The notes under the pieces: generated by a model
The model's database searches: none
What the model was told of the DNA's origin: nothing
What the model saw: only the letters and a program-made list of their open reading frames with translations
Shown here: piece by piece, positions 19,498-28,648 of the stretch
Numbering within the stretch: the stretch's first letter is position 1
Layout of the letters: every line of letters begins with the position of its first letter
Program-made: the position numbers and the translations under genes
From: a bacterium
GTDB lineage: Bacteria > Actinomycetota > Acidimicrobiia > Spongiisociales > UBA5794
Direction: 5' to 3'
Assembly (NCBI GenBank): GCA_024228555.1
Contig: JAAETI010000489.1
Span: forward strand, 8,332 to 72,331
DNA length: 64,000 nucleotides

Positions 19498-21302
19498 CGT
19501 TCGCTCCTTCCCAGTAGACCGGATGGGAGCACAAGCAAGATGACAACCATCAGCAAGATGGCTGCAGCCGGAACCACCGTTGGCGACGGCTTGAACGGCT
19601 CGTCAAGGAAGGGCAAGTTGATGCCTGTCTGACCAAACCTGATGATGATCTGCTGCAACAGCCCTACCAGCAAGGCGCCGGCCGCCGCACCTGGGAAGCT
19701 GGTCAACCCACCGATGGCGAGAGCAACGATCGCACCGAGCAAGAACGTGGCACCCATACCGCTCGATAGGCCAATCGATGGGGCGGCGAGTACCCCACCC
19801 AGGGCAGCGAGACCTGAGCCCATGGCAAACACGAGGGTGAAGACACGCCGCACGTTGATGCCGAGGGCCTCAACCATCTCGGGATCTTGAACGCCGGCCC
19901 GAATCACCATACCGATTCGGGTCTTCTTGAGAAGAAGCGTGACGCCGATCAGGACGAGTGCCCCAACGAGCACGACAAAGCCTTCGTTGTAGACCCGAAG
20001 CCGACCTCCAAACACCTCGACAGTTGAGCAACCGCTAAAGAACCCTCCCAGACCCTGCCCGGGACAGCCTTCCCCGGTGCCGTTGAAAGCTGCGGGTCGA
20101 GCCATGGTGAACTCGGGACGTCCCCAGACCTCGCGCACCAACTCGATGAGGATGAACCCCACCCCGAGGGTGATCATGAGCTGATAGATGGGTCGGTCAT
20201 ATAGCGGTCGTATCAACACGACCTCGATGAAGGCGCCAACCGCAAACCCGAGGCCGGTGGCGACGGCGATGGCTAGGAAGAAGCGCCAAGTGGTGCTGAG
20301 CCCGAAAACCCATTCGTTCAAGGACGCTTTGGTCAGATGTAAGACGATCGCGAGACCAACCATGGCGACAAAGCCCGTCCAGTGTTTCCGCGTCAGTGGG
20401 GCAACATCGCCAATCGCGGTTTGGAGCGACGACAGCGCCAGCGCAATCAAAGAACCACCCAACAGCAACACGACAAAGGCAACGAGAGCCGGCCACCCGA
20501 ACGAGTCGGCAGGCAAAGGAGCCAGCGTGCCCAGATCGACCTGCACGGCAAAGTTGCTGGGGCTCTTGGCGAAGTCCTCAGCATCCCAGATGACCAGGGG
20601 AAACTTGGTCATGGCGGTGATGGCCGCACCCCCACCGAGGGCCAGCAAGCTCCAAGACGTCAGGCTCATCGCCTCCTTGACGGATTCGACAGAGCCATCG
20701 TTGCTTCGCCACTTGCGATAGAGACCGTAAGCGGCCGCAACGAACAAGAGGCTGACGATGATCGTCACACCGGCGCCGGCGCCCGAGACCTCACCTTCGA
20801 TGGCGTCGGCGTCTCCCGCGGCAAAGATCACGTACCAAGCTGCGTAGACCACACCGAGACCCAGTATCCAAATACCGAAGTGCCACTTCCTGCCGAGCGT
20901 GCGGAGCCATCTCGCCATACGTTGCCACAACGGCATGAGTGTGAACGGAGCGATAACGAGCAGCAACGGGACGGTGGCATCCACGGTTGTGTCAAACCGG
21001 GTGTAGACGGTCCAGCCGACATAGGCACCCAGCATGAAGATCTCGCCGTGGGCCAGGCTGAGCACGTCCATCAAGCCGAAGATCAATGAAAGCCCCGAAG
21101 CGACGAGGAACGTAAGAGCTCCAACCGAGAGCCCCTGCATGATGGTGGGGAACCAGTCCTTCGACTCCAACCCAGCAAGAGCGACGATGAAGAGGAAGGC
21201 GAGCGCAGCGAGCACCGAAACCCGGGCCCGGTTCTCCAGCAACCAATCGGCGCGCTGGCGCTGCTTGGACACCTTCTCTGGTTGCTTGGTGTCAGTGGTC
21301 AT
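19494..21302 (-). CDS. livH: Liv-type ABC transporter permease, LivH-like, with a ~240-aa hydrophobic insertion
   Basis: GLSLIFGLMDVLSLAHGE, RAGVQDPEMVEALGIN, AIGGLTSFPGA; 602 aa against ~290 aa for a typical LivH. Confidence 0.88.
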   Translation of the reverse strand: MTTDTKQPEKVSKQRQRADWLLENRARVSVLAALAFLFIVALAGLESKDWFPTIMQGLSVGALTFLVASGLSLIFGLMDVLSLAHGEIFMLGAYVGWTVYTRFDTTVDATVPLLLVIAPFTLMPLWQRMARWLRTLGRKWHFGIWILGLGVVYAAWYVIFAAGDADAIEGEVSGAGAGVTIIVSLLFVAAAYGLYRKWRSNDGSVESVKEAMSLTSWSLLALGGGAAITAMTKFPLVIWDAEDFAKSPSNFAVQVDLGTLAPLPADSFGWPALVAFVVLLLGGSLIALALSSLQTAIGDVAPLTRKHWTGFVAMVGLAIVLHLTKASLNEWVFGLSTTWRFFLAIAVATGLGFAVGAFIEVVLIRPLYDRPIYQLMITLGVGFILIELVREVWGRPEFTMARPAAFNGTGEGCPGQGLGGFFSGCSTVEVFGGRLRVYNEGFVVLVGALVLIGVTLLLKKTRIGMVIRAGVQDPEMVEALGINVRRVFTLVFAMGSGLAALGGVLAAPSIGLSSGMGATFLLGAIVALAIGGLTSFPGAAAGALLVGLLQQIIIRFGQTGINLPFLDEPFKPSPTVVPAAAILLMVVILLVLPSGLLGRSER

Positions 21303-22015
21303 GTCGCACCTCCGGTCCCTGCTCCGAGGTAGCGCTTGATGGTCTCGTCATCGTCGACGAGGTCCTTCATGGCACCGCTCATGATCGATCGGCCCTCCTC
21401 GATGATTACGAAGTGTTGGGCGAGACGGCTCGCAACGATGAAGTTCTGCTCCACCAGGAGGACCGTCGACTCGCTGGAGAGTCGACGAATCGCCTCCATC
21501 ATCTGCTCGATGAGAACCGGCGCAAGGCCTTCGCTTGGCTCATCGATGAGCAGTAGGCGGTTATTGGGGACCAGGGCTCGGGCCACTGCCAACATCTGCT
21601 GCTGGCCACCGGACAGGTTGGTACCGGGAAGACGAATGAGCCGTTTCAAGTCGGGGAAGAGACCAAAGATGAAGTCCTCCTTGGCAGCGAAGTCACCACG
21701 CTCCCGCTCTGCGATGAGCAAGTTCTCCTCGACGCTGAGATCGGAGAAGATGGCGCGATGCTCGGGGACGAACCCGATGCCCATGGCGGCAATGTCGAAG
21801 CTGCGGCGCCCAGTGATATTGTTTCCGTCGTAGAAAACGGAGCCAGAGCGGGCGGGCGTCAGGCCCAGAATGGTCTTGAGCGTGGTTGTCTTGCCGGCCC
21901 CGTTGCGGCCTAGCAAAGCAACAATGTCGCCCTCGGGGACATCGATGGAAACGCCCTCCAGAATGTGAAACTGCTCAATGAAGGTGTGGACTTCCTCGAG
22001 GCGGAGCAGACTCAT
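21299..22015 (-). CDS. livF: ABC transporter ATP-binding protein, LivF-like
   Basis: Walker A GRNGAGKTT, signature LSGGQQQ, Walker B LLLIDEPSEGLAP. Confidence 0.93.
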   Translation of the reverse strand: MSLLRLEEVHTFIEQFHILEGVSIDVPEGDIVALLGRNGAGKTTTLKTILGLTPARSGSVFYDGNNITGRRSFDIAAMGIGFVPEHRAIFSDLSVEENLLIAERERGDFAAKEDFIFGLFPDLKRLIRLPGTNLSGGQQQMLAVARALVPNNRLLLIDEPSEGLAPVLIEQMMEAIRRLSSESTVLLVEQNFIVASRLAQHFVIIEEGRSIMSGAMKDLVDDDETIKRYLGAGTGGAT

Positions 22016-22782
22016 GAGCCACCCCGATCCTCGTAGAGAGCACCGAGATAAGCGGTCTGTACTCTCTCATCGGCTGAAATCTCGGCAGGGGCGCCTTCCG
22101 CCAATCGTGCGCCCTGATGCATCACGGTGATGCGGTCGGACACACTCATAACGACGTTCATGTTGTGCTCGACGAGCACAACGGTCTTGTCGCCTGCTTC
22201 CTGGATTGACTGGACAAGTTCCATGAGTTCGGGGACCTGCTCGGCCGCCATACCCGCTGTCGGCTCATCGAGCATCAACACGTCAGGATCTGGGGCCAGG
22301 ATCATCCCGAGTTCGAGTTTGCGCTGGTCACCATGCGGAAGTGTTCTGGCCAGCGTCAGCGCTCGATCGGAGAGACCCACCTCAGCGAGGACTTCTTCGG
22401 CTCGCTCCAGGTATGCCGTTGACTTCAAATGGGATCTAAACACCCGGAAGCTGTCAGAGCCCAGGGCCTGACACGCAAGCCGAACATTCTCAAATACGGT
22501 GAGGTTGGGGAAGATGTTGGTGATCTGAAACGAACGCCCGATTCCCTTGTGGATCGTGCGGTGCATAGGTAGCTGGGTTATGTCTTCGCCCTTGTACAGC
22601 ACCCGACCGGCGGTTGGTTTCAGGGTCCCGCTGACAAGATTGAAGAACGTTGTCTTGCCCGCACCATTGGGGCCAATGATGGAATGAAGGCTTCCCTCTT
22701 CGATCTCCATGCTGACGTCGTCAACTGCAACCAGAGCACCAAACTCGCGTCGTAGGTTCTGCGTCTCCAGGATGACGCTCAA
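22012..22782 (-). CDS. livG: ABC transporter ATP-binding protein, LivG-like
   Basis: GPNGAGKTT, RSFQITNIF, LPHGDQR, LMLDEPTAG, VEHNM. Confidence 0.93.
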   Translation of the reverse strand: MSVILETQNLRREFGALVAVDDVSMEIEEGSLHSIIGPNGAGKTTFFNLVSGTLKPTAGRVLYKGEDITQLPMHRTIHKGIGRSFQITNIFPNLTVFENVRLACQALGSDSFRVFRSHLKSTAYLERAEEVLAEVGLSDRALTLARTLPHGDQRKLELGMILAPDPDVLMLDEPTAGMAAEQVPELMELVQSIQEAGDKTVVLVEHNMNVVMSVSDRITVMHQGARLAEGAPAEISADERVQTAYLGALYEDRGGS

Positions 22783-22807
22783 CCAGTCCTCCTCACCCTT
22801 TGTTGGA

Positions 22808-22835
22808 GGTGGGGTGGGCCGAAGCCCACCCCACC
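22808..22835 (-). terminator. Intercistronic 12-bp hairpin with a C(UUCG)G tetraloop after the substrate-binding protein gene
   Basis: Minus strand GGTGGGGTGGGC-TTCG-GCCCACCCCACC; perfect stem, no U-tract. Confidence 0.7.
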
Positions 22836-22851
22836 AGTTATCACTAGTCGA

Positions 22852-24237
22852 TCAGCCGCCGAGACTGCCAGCAGGCAAGCTGCCGCAGCGCGACGCAAAG
22901 TCGCCCTCGAGCAGACACGGTGGCTCGGGCCGCACGGTTGCGACGTTCTCGTAGTACATGAACGCCGGGTCATCGATGTTCAACAGAGTCACGACATACA
23001 TGTCCTGCAAGGCAACGTGATCCTCGGGGCGGACCTCGATGAGACCCTTCGGGCCCTCGAAGCTAATGCCCTCCAGGGCTGCCCGCAGCGAGTCGGCGTC
23101 AGACGCACCGGCGGTGGCCTTGAGTGCCTCCACAACCATGATCGCGGCGTTCATACCATCAGCATCGAACAGGTCGGGAACCGTCTCGAAGTTGGCGGCT
23201 ACTTGCTCGATGAGGTAGTCGTTGACCGGGTTGCTGGCTGCGGTGTAGTGGTACAAGATCACCGAAGTCGTCCCGATTGCGTTCGAGAAGAACGCAGGCA
23301 TGACGATGTTGTCGACAAACGGCGAACCGAGAACGGTGTCGTCGTCGATCACGCCAAGGTCGATAGCGGACTGCAGCAACGGTACGAACCCGCCGCCGGC
23401 CCAGGTCACCAGAAGCGCTTCAGCATCGGTGTCGGCCAGGGGTGTCATGTAGGACGTGAAGTCGGTTGTATCCGCAGGTGCGAACACGTCTTCTTCGATG
23501 AACTCGCCACCGTAGAACGTGCAAGCGTCCTTGTAACCGGCCGCTCCGCCATACCCGAACGAGTAGTCAGGAGCGATCTGCACGAAGGTCGTGTAGCCGT
23601 TTCCATTGACGAACTGATCACACAGCGCCATGGCGTCTTGGTAGTTGCTTCGACTTGCCCGGAACGTGTTCGGATCAAAGTCCTTGCCGGTGATGTCGGT
23701 CGCTGCCGCTGGGGCTGCGATCAAGATGACATCGTTCTCACGGGCAATACCCTGCAAGGTCGCAGTCACACCTGAGCTCACAGAGCCGATGATGATATCG
23801 GCACCGTTGACCTCAATGAGTTCGCGAGCTGCTGTGGCGCTCAACTCAGCGTTGGTCTGGTCATCCTTGAAGACCACGTTGATTTCGCAGTCATCGACCA
23901 TGTAGGTCTGCTCGAGCCCGGTTTGGACCTCGCCGCCCGTTGCGTACGCAAAGCCGATCGGAACACCACGATTGACATGGGCTCCGTAGATCGCCAAGGC
24001 ACCGGTCAAGTCGGTGATGACACCAACGGTGATCGGCTCGTCACAGCTGACACCATCGACCTCCGGCAATGTGTCAGGCGTTGCGGACGTCTCGGTTGGT
24101 GCAGCCGTTGTCTCCGCAGCCGCCGCGGTTGTATCCCCCGGAGCTGCGGTGGTCTCGTCTGACTCGCTATCGCCACATGCGGCAGCAAGAAGAGCGAACA
24201 CCACAAGCAGCATCAGCAGCTTGGTTACTTTCCTCAT
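22852..24237 (-). CDS. ABC transporter substrate-binding lipoprotein (Peripla_BP_6 / LivK-like)
   Basis: Lipobox LAAAC, Thr/Ala-rich linker, VGVITDLTGALAIYG, FKDDQ, IIGSVSSG, FEGPKG. Confidence 0.92.
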   Translation of the reverse strand: MRKVTKLLMLLVVFALLAAACGDSESDETTAAPGDTTAAAAETTAAPTETSATPDTLPEVDGVSCDEPITVGVITDLTGALAIYGAHVNRGVPIGFAYATGGEVQTGLEQTYMVDDCEINVVFKDDQTNAELSATAARELIEVNGADIIIGSVSSGVTATLQGIARENDVILIAAPAAATDITGKDFDPNTFRASRSNYQDAMALCDQFVNGNGYTTFVQIAPDYSFGYGGAAGYKDACTFYGGEFIEEDVFAPADTTDFTSYMTPLADTDAEALLVTWAGGGFVPLLQSAIDLGVIDDDTVLGSPFVDNIVMPAFFSNAIGTTSVILYHYTAASNPVNDYLIEQVAANFETVPDLFDADGMNAAIMVVEALKATAGASDADSLRAALEGISFEGPKGLIEVRPEDHVALQDMYVVTLLNIDDPAFMYYENVATVRPEPPCLLEGDFASRCGSLPAGSLGG

Positions 24238-24265
24238 TCAGTTTCCTCCTCTTTCCCTTTTCTGG

Positions 24266-25327
24266 TTATGCGTCGGCCATGTGCTCGTGGAACACACCGT
24301 CGAACTCTTCTGGTTTCTCGATGAACGGCACATGGCCACAGTCGTCGATAACCACTTCCTTGTAGGTGCCACCCGCGGCCGCATAGGCGTCGAGCACAGA
24401 GCGAGTCTGTCCCAACATCGGCTGTGACGGGTAGGCATCGGCGCCGGGGTACCCAGGGACAAGTCCCATGGGGCCCCAGGTGCCGGGATCTGAGGCGGCG
24501 TTGTCGGAGACGGCAAGGTCGTGGGCGCCACGCACCCAAAGCACCGATGGCTTGACCGCCGACTCGACGATTTGTGCTGGGTCGAGCGCATACTTGGGCG
24601 AGAGTGCGTTATTGACTCCGACCACGCCGGGAGCGACATACGGCCAGTTCGCCGACATCACCTTGTCTCCTGGGTAAGCGTCTACTCCGATATGAACTTG
24701 GAGAAGGCTGTCGACGAACGCATCCTCACGTGCAGGAACGAGAGGTGGCTTCCACACCAACGCCCGCAGCGCAGCTCGAGGAGAGAACATCGAATCGGTG
24801 CTGGTGTCGCCTTCGGAGATGAGTCGCACCAACTCGGGGTTGATCAACCCACCGCCGGATCCGGCAAAGTCGTCGTTGGTCGGGTTTCCCTCGACATCAC
24901 GGGTTCCGCCGAAACCGTAGGGCGATCCCGGATCGACTTGCGTGACAGACAGAATTCGTTCGCCATGGCCAGCCATCAGCCACCAGACGATGACGCCTCC
25001 CAGGGAGTTGCCAACGAGATGAAACCTGTCGTGGCCGAGATGGTCCATCAGTGCGATGGCGTCATCGACGAAGTCTCCCATGCCTCTGGTCGCATCAACC
25101 TTGGCGGCAGTGTCGGCTTCGCCGAAGCCACGCTGGTCGGGGGCAATGGCCAGGTACCGGGCAGGCAATCGGACCATTGTCTCTTCCCACCATGTGGCCG
25201 ACGAGAGGTTGCCGTGGAGGAGCAGCACGGGGATCCCGTCAGCCGGTCCGGAGGTCAGCACTCTCGTTGAAATGCGATCGGTACTGATGGTTGTCGCGGT
25301 GATGCCGTCGATCGTCGCGATGGTCAC
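24266..25327 (-). CDS. Alpha/beta-fold hydrolase
   Basis: LLHGNLSS, APDQRGFG, GNSLGG, CGHVPFIE. Confidence 0.9.
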   Translation of the reverse strand: MTIATIDGITATTISTDRISTRVLTSGPADGIPVLLLHGNLSSATWWEETMVRLPARYLAIAPDQRGFGEADTAAKVDATRGMGDFVDDAIALMDHLGHDRFHLVGNSLGGVIVWWLMAGHGERILSVTQVDPGSPYGFGGTRDVEGNPTNDDFAGSGGGLINPELVRLISEGDTSTDSMFSPRAALRALVWKPPLVPAREDAFVDSLLQVHIGVDAYPGDKVMSANWPYVAPGVVGVNNALSPKYALDPAQIVESAVKPSVLWVRGAHDLAVSDNAASDPGTWGPMGLVPGYPGADAYPSQPMLGQTRSVLDAYAAAGGTYKEVVIDDCGHVPFIEKPEEFDGVFHEHMADA

Positions 25328-26859
25328 GAGGACTCCTCTCCAACGAGCAACTTCTTGTCGATTTTGCCGATGGCGGTCTTGGGGATCTCGGGCATCACCA
25401 CGACCGTGCGGGGCAGCTTGTACTTGGCGATGCGCTCTTCGAGGAAGCCAAGGAAGTCAGCTTCCGCAAAGTCGGCGCCGGGCTCGAGAACCACAACGGC
25501 CCTGCCGACCTCGCCCCACACTTCGTGGGGAGCGCCAACCAGCGCCGCTTCGGCGACGTCGGGATAAGCCAGCATCACCGACTCCACCTCGGCGGGGTAT
25601 ACGTTCTCGCCCCCCGAGATGAACATGTCCTTGGACCGCCCCTTGATGGTGAAGAATCCCTCATCGTCTTTGACTGCCAGATCCCCTGTCCACAACCAGC
25701 CATCCTTGATCGTCTCTGCGGTGGCCTCGGGTTGTCTCCAATAGCCGGGGGTGACGTGGGGGCCGCGAATGAGCAACTCACCCGGTTCATTGGGGCCGAC
25801 CTCATCACCGCTTTCGTCAACGATCTTCATATCGATGTGGAAGATGGGGAACCCTACCGAAGTCGTCTTATCTGCAACACGGTCGGCGGGCAGCCAGAAG
25901 TTGTTGCCTGCGGCTTCCGTCAGCCCATAGCCCATCTTGAAATCGACACCCCTATCCCAAAATTTCTGCATGACCGGCACGGGACAGGGCGCCCCGCCGG
26001 ATATGACCAACTCGAGGTTGGAGAAATCGGCACTTTCCCAACGGGGATGGGACTGCAACATCTGATACATCGTGGGCACCGCGACGTAGTGGGTGATACC
26101 GCCGCGCTCCACCAGATCAAAGGACTCGTCCAGATCAAACCCGTCGCAAAGGATGGTGGTTCCGCCGACATGCACCAGCGGCACCATGAAGATGTTAGGA
26201 CCGCCGATGTGGAACACCGGCAACTGGAGAGGTGCGGTGTGATCGGCCGTGATCCCCCATGATGTGATCGTGTTGACGGAGTTCCAGGTGACATTGCCGT
26301 GGGTAAGGATCGCACCCTTGGGGAGCCCGGTTGTCCCGCCGGTGTAATAGATCCCCCAGATGTCGTCCATGTCAAGGTCGGGACGGTCGTCGAGGGTGCT
26401 GCTCATGCTGTCACGGTCGGAGAAAGTGGCGTCACCCTCTTGCGGCTCGACAAGGGCGACGACATGGTTCACAGTGTTCAGGTCGGGTCGAAGTTGGTTG
26501 ACCTGCTCGGCCCAGTCGCTGCTGTAGATGAGCACCTTGGGCTCGGCATCGGCGACGATCTGGCGCAGCTCGTGAACTGTCAGTCGCCAGTTGAGGTTGT
26601 GGAGGATCAACCCGATCTTGCCTGCCGCCCAGAACAGATCGAGATACTCGGGACAGTTCGATGCATAGACCGAAACCCTGTCGCCCTTTTCCATGCCAAG
26701 CGACCGCAGATAGTTGGCAGTCCGGTTTACCCGAGCGTTCCACTCGGCAAACGTTATCTCCGGCCCACCCAGCCGTTCGATGAGCGCCACGCGGTCAGGG
26801 GTCAGGTTGGCCCGCTTCTGCAGCCAGTCGGTTACGTACGTGGAGGTTTGTTGGGTCAT
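25324..26859 (-). CDS. Acyl-CoA synthetase
   Basis: YTGGTTGLPKG, YGLTEA, TGDLA, GRSKDMFISGGENVYP. The ATG at 26859 overlaps the stop of the upstream gene (ATGA). Confidence 0.95.
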   Translation of the reverse strand: MTQQTSTYVTDWLQKRANLTPDRVALIERLGGPEITFAEWNARVNRTANYLRSLGMEKGDRVSVYASNCPEYLDLFWAAGKIGLILHNLNWRLTVHELRQIVADAEPKVLIYSSDWAEQVNQLRPDLNTVNHVVALVEPQEGDATFSDRDSMSSTLDDRPDLDMDDIWGIYYTGGTTGLPKGAILTHGNVTWNSVNTITSWGITADHTAPLQLPVFHIGGPNIFMVPLVHVGGTTILCDGFDLDESFDLVERGGITHYVAVPTMYQMLQSHPRWESADFSNLELVISGGAPCPVPVMQKFWDRGVDFKMGYGLTEAAGNNFWLPADRVADKTTSVGFPIFHIDMKIVDESGDEVGPNEPGELLIRGPHVTPGYWRQPEATAETIKDGWLWTGDLAVKDDEGFFTIKGRSKDMFISGGENVYPAEVESVMLAYPDVAEAALVGAPHEVWGEVGRAVVVLEPGADFAEADFLGFLEERIAKYKLPRTVVVMPEIPKTAIGKIDKKLLVGEESS

Positions 26860-27902
26860 GATGGCGGCCCCCATTGCACAACGCCTGCGCCCCAGACATA
26901 CCCGATGCCGGCGCCAACGATCACCATGAGGTCACCCGGTTTGAGCTTGCCGGCCTTCTCGCCCTCGATCATCGAGATGATCGAATCCTGCTCGCCGATA
27001 TGTCCAATCTCGCCCATGTAGAACGACTGGTCCTCGGAAAGGCCGAGAAGATCAAGGATCTGCTTGTGAGCCGATGGCTTCACCAAGAGCATATTGAGGT
27101 AGCCGAGATCAGTGCGCGCATAGGGAGACCCGTCGGACTTGCTCCCCGATTTCCGCAGTGCCTCGTCGACACAGTGCATCCAGTTGTCGATGCTCACCTC
27201 ACCGAGACGGGCCTTCATCGCCTCCGGTTCGACCAAATCAAACTTGAATTCACCGGCTTTGACTGCCTCATCAGTCGGGTGTTTGACCGTGCCACTTGCC
27301 GGCACAATCACGTGGCGGCTCATCGAGCCATCTGACATCAGGTGGGTGCCGAGCACGTGGTTCTCTGGCCAATCCCGCTTCACGATCATTGCCCCGGCCC
27401 CAGCCCCGATGTTGAAGAGGAACGAGGTGCGCAGATTGGTGTGATCGATGAAGTCACCGATCACATATCCGCCGGCGATCATGATGGTGTCGATGCCGTC
27501 ATCCTCACGCATCAACGAGCGGGCCAGCTTGAGCGCGGCAATCGTTGTGGCACAGCGCATGTGCATGTCCATGCCCCAGGCGTTCGTCGCCCCGATCTCA
27601 TGAGCGAGATCAATCCCGGCCGTCCATAGGTTGTATTCCTTCCACTCCTCAGTGGTGCACAGCACTACATCGATCTCTTTCGGATCGATTCCTGCTTTGG
27701 CAATGGCTTCGTTGGCAGCATGGACGGCCATCATGTTGGGATGCATCCCCGGCTCGGGAATGTGCTTCTGGGTGATCCCAAGCTTCTCTTTGACCACCCA
27801 CAAGGGCAGACCGCTGGCTTCGCTGATCTCCTCGGCTGTCATCACGCTGCCCGGGAGGAACATCCCCGTCGCCACGATGCCCATGGTGAAGTCGTCGGTC
27901 AT
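26856..27902 (-). CDS. FabH/KAS III-like thiolase-fold enzyme with non-canonical catalytic residues
   Basis: GIVATGMFLPG, catalytic Cys in HMRCATT, GAGAGA, GAGIGYVWG; LLVKPSAH and GHIG replace the usual PHQAN and GNT motifs. Confidence 0.85.
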   Translation of the reverse strand: MTDDFTMGIVATGMFLPGSVMTAEEISEASGLPLWVVKEKLGITQKHIPEPGMHPNMMAVHAANEAIAKAGIDPKEIDVVLCTTEEWKEYNLWTAGIDLAHEIGATNAWGMDMHMRCATTIAALKLARSLMREDDGIDTIMIAGGYVIGDFIDHTNLRTSFLFNIGAGAGAMIVKRDWPENHVLGTHLMSDGSMSRHVIVPASGTVKHPTDEAVKAGEFKFDLVEPEAMKARLGEVSIDNWMHCVDEALRKSGSKSDGSPYARTDLGYLNMLLVKPSAHKQILDLLGLSEDQSFYMGEIGHIGEQDSIISMIEGEKAGKLKPGDLMVIVGAGIGYVWGAGVVQWGPPS

Positions 27903-28522
27903 TGATCACTCCTCGGTGGGGTCAGTGCGCAGGCAATAAAGGTCATGACTTCGTCTACGACTTCGGCGGGTGGGGACCGCCCCTCCCACTGCACATATCG
28001 GGCGCCAATCAACTCGGCAATGCCCATCAGGACCCACGCCATCGTTTCCGCCGAGACATGCGTGGCGATCTGACCCTCAGTTTGGGCGAGCGAGAGACCA
28101 CGGATGTAGCTCTCGGCGAGAGTGCGGTAGTGCCACTGATGTGTCTCGGGATCGACGAACTCGGATTCACGAACGACCCGATAAAGGGGACGGTGCTCGA
28201 CCACGTACTCAAAGAAGGTGGTGAAACCCACACGCTCGATCTCGAATCGACTTGCAAGACCGGCGACGGCTTCAGAGATGGCCCGGCGCATGTTGTGGTT
28301 GAGGACGTGGACCAGCTCGATAAAGGCAGTCTTCTTGTCGGGGAAGTAGACGTAGAACGTTCCTTGGGCAACACCGGCGCGGCGGGTGATCTCGGAAATA
28401 GAGGCACGGTCGTAGCTGAGTTCACCGAAGACCTCTTCCGCTGCGGTCAGGATCGCCTGTCGAGTTGCGCGTCCTTTGGCAGTCGGCGGTGCCAACGCAC
28501 CGGTCGCGACCTGTTCGGTCAT
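27899..28522 (-). CDS. TetR/AcrR family transcriptional regulator
   Basis: RQAILTAAEEVFGELSYDRASISEITRRAGVAQGTFYVYFPDK HTH motif. Confidence 0.95.
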   Translation of the reverse strand: MTEQVATGALAPPTAKGRATRQAILTAAEEVFGELSYDRASISEITRRAGVAQGTFYVYFPDKKTAFIELVHVLNHNMRRAISEAVAGLASRFEIERVGFTTFFEYVVEHRPLYRVVRESEFVDPETHQWHYRTLAESYIRGLSLAQTEGQIATHVSAETMAWVLMGIAELIGARYVQWEGRSPPAEVVDEVMTFIACALTPPRSDQ

Positions 28523-28544
28523 CCCGCCTCCCTCGGCCGTACCC

Positions 28545-28577
28545 GAATACTGAATACTGAGTCAGTATTCAGTATTC
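28545..28577. promoter_or_regulatory. Perfect 16-bp inverted repeat, likely TetR operator
   Basis: GAATACTGAATACTGA-G-TCAGTATTCAGTATTC, 22 bp upstream of the TetR start and next to a minus-strand CATACT -10-like hexamer. Confidence 0.8.
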
Positions 28578-28648
28578 ATAGTATGACAGACGACCAGCTT
28601 GGGGCAACTGCTTTTTGAGAGCGCTAATTCGGAGCCATCGGTACCGGC

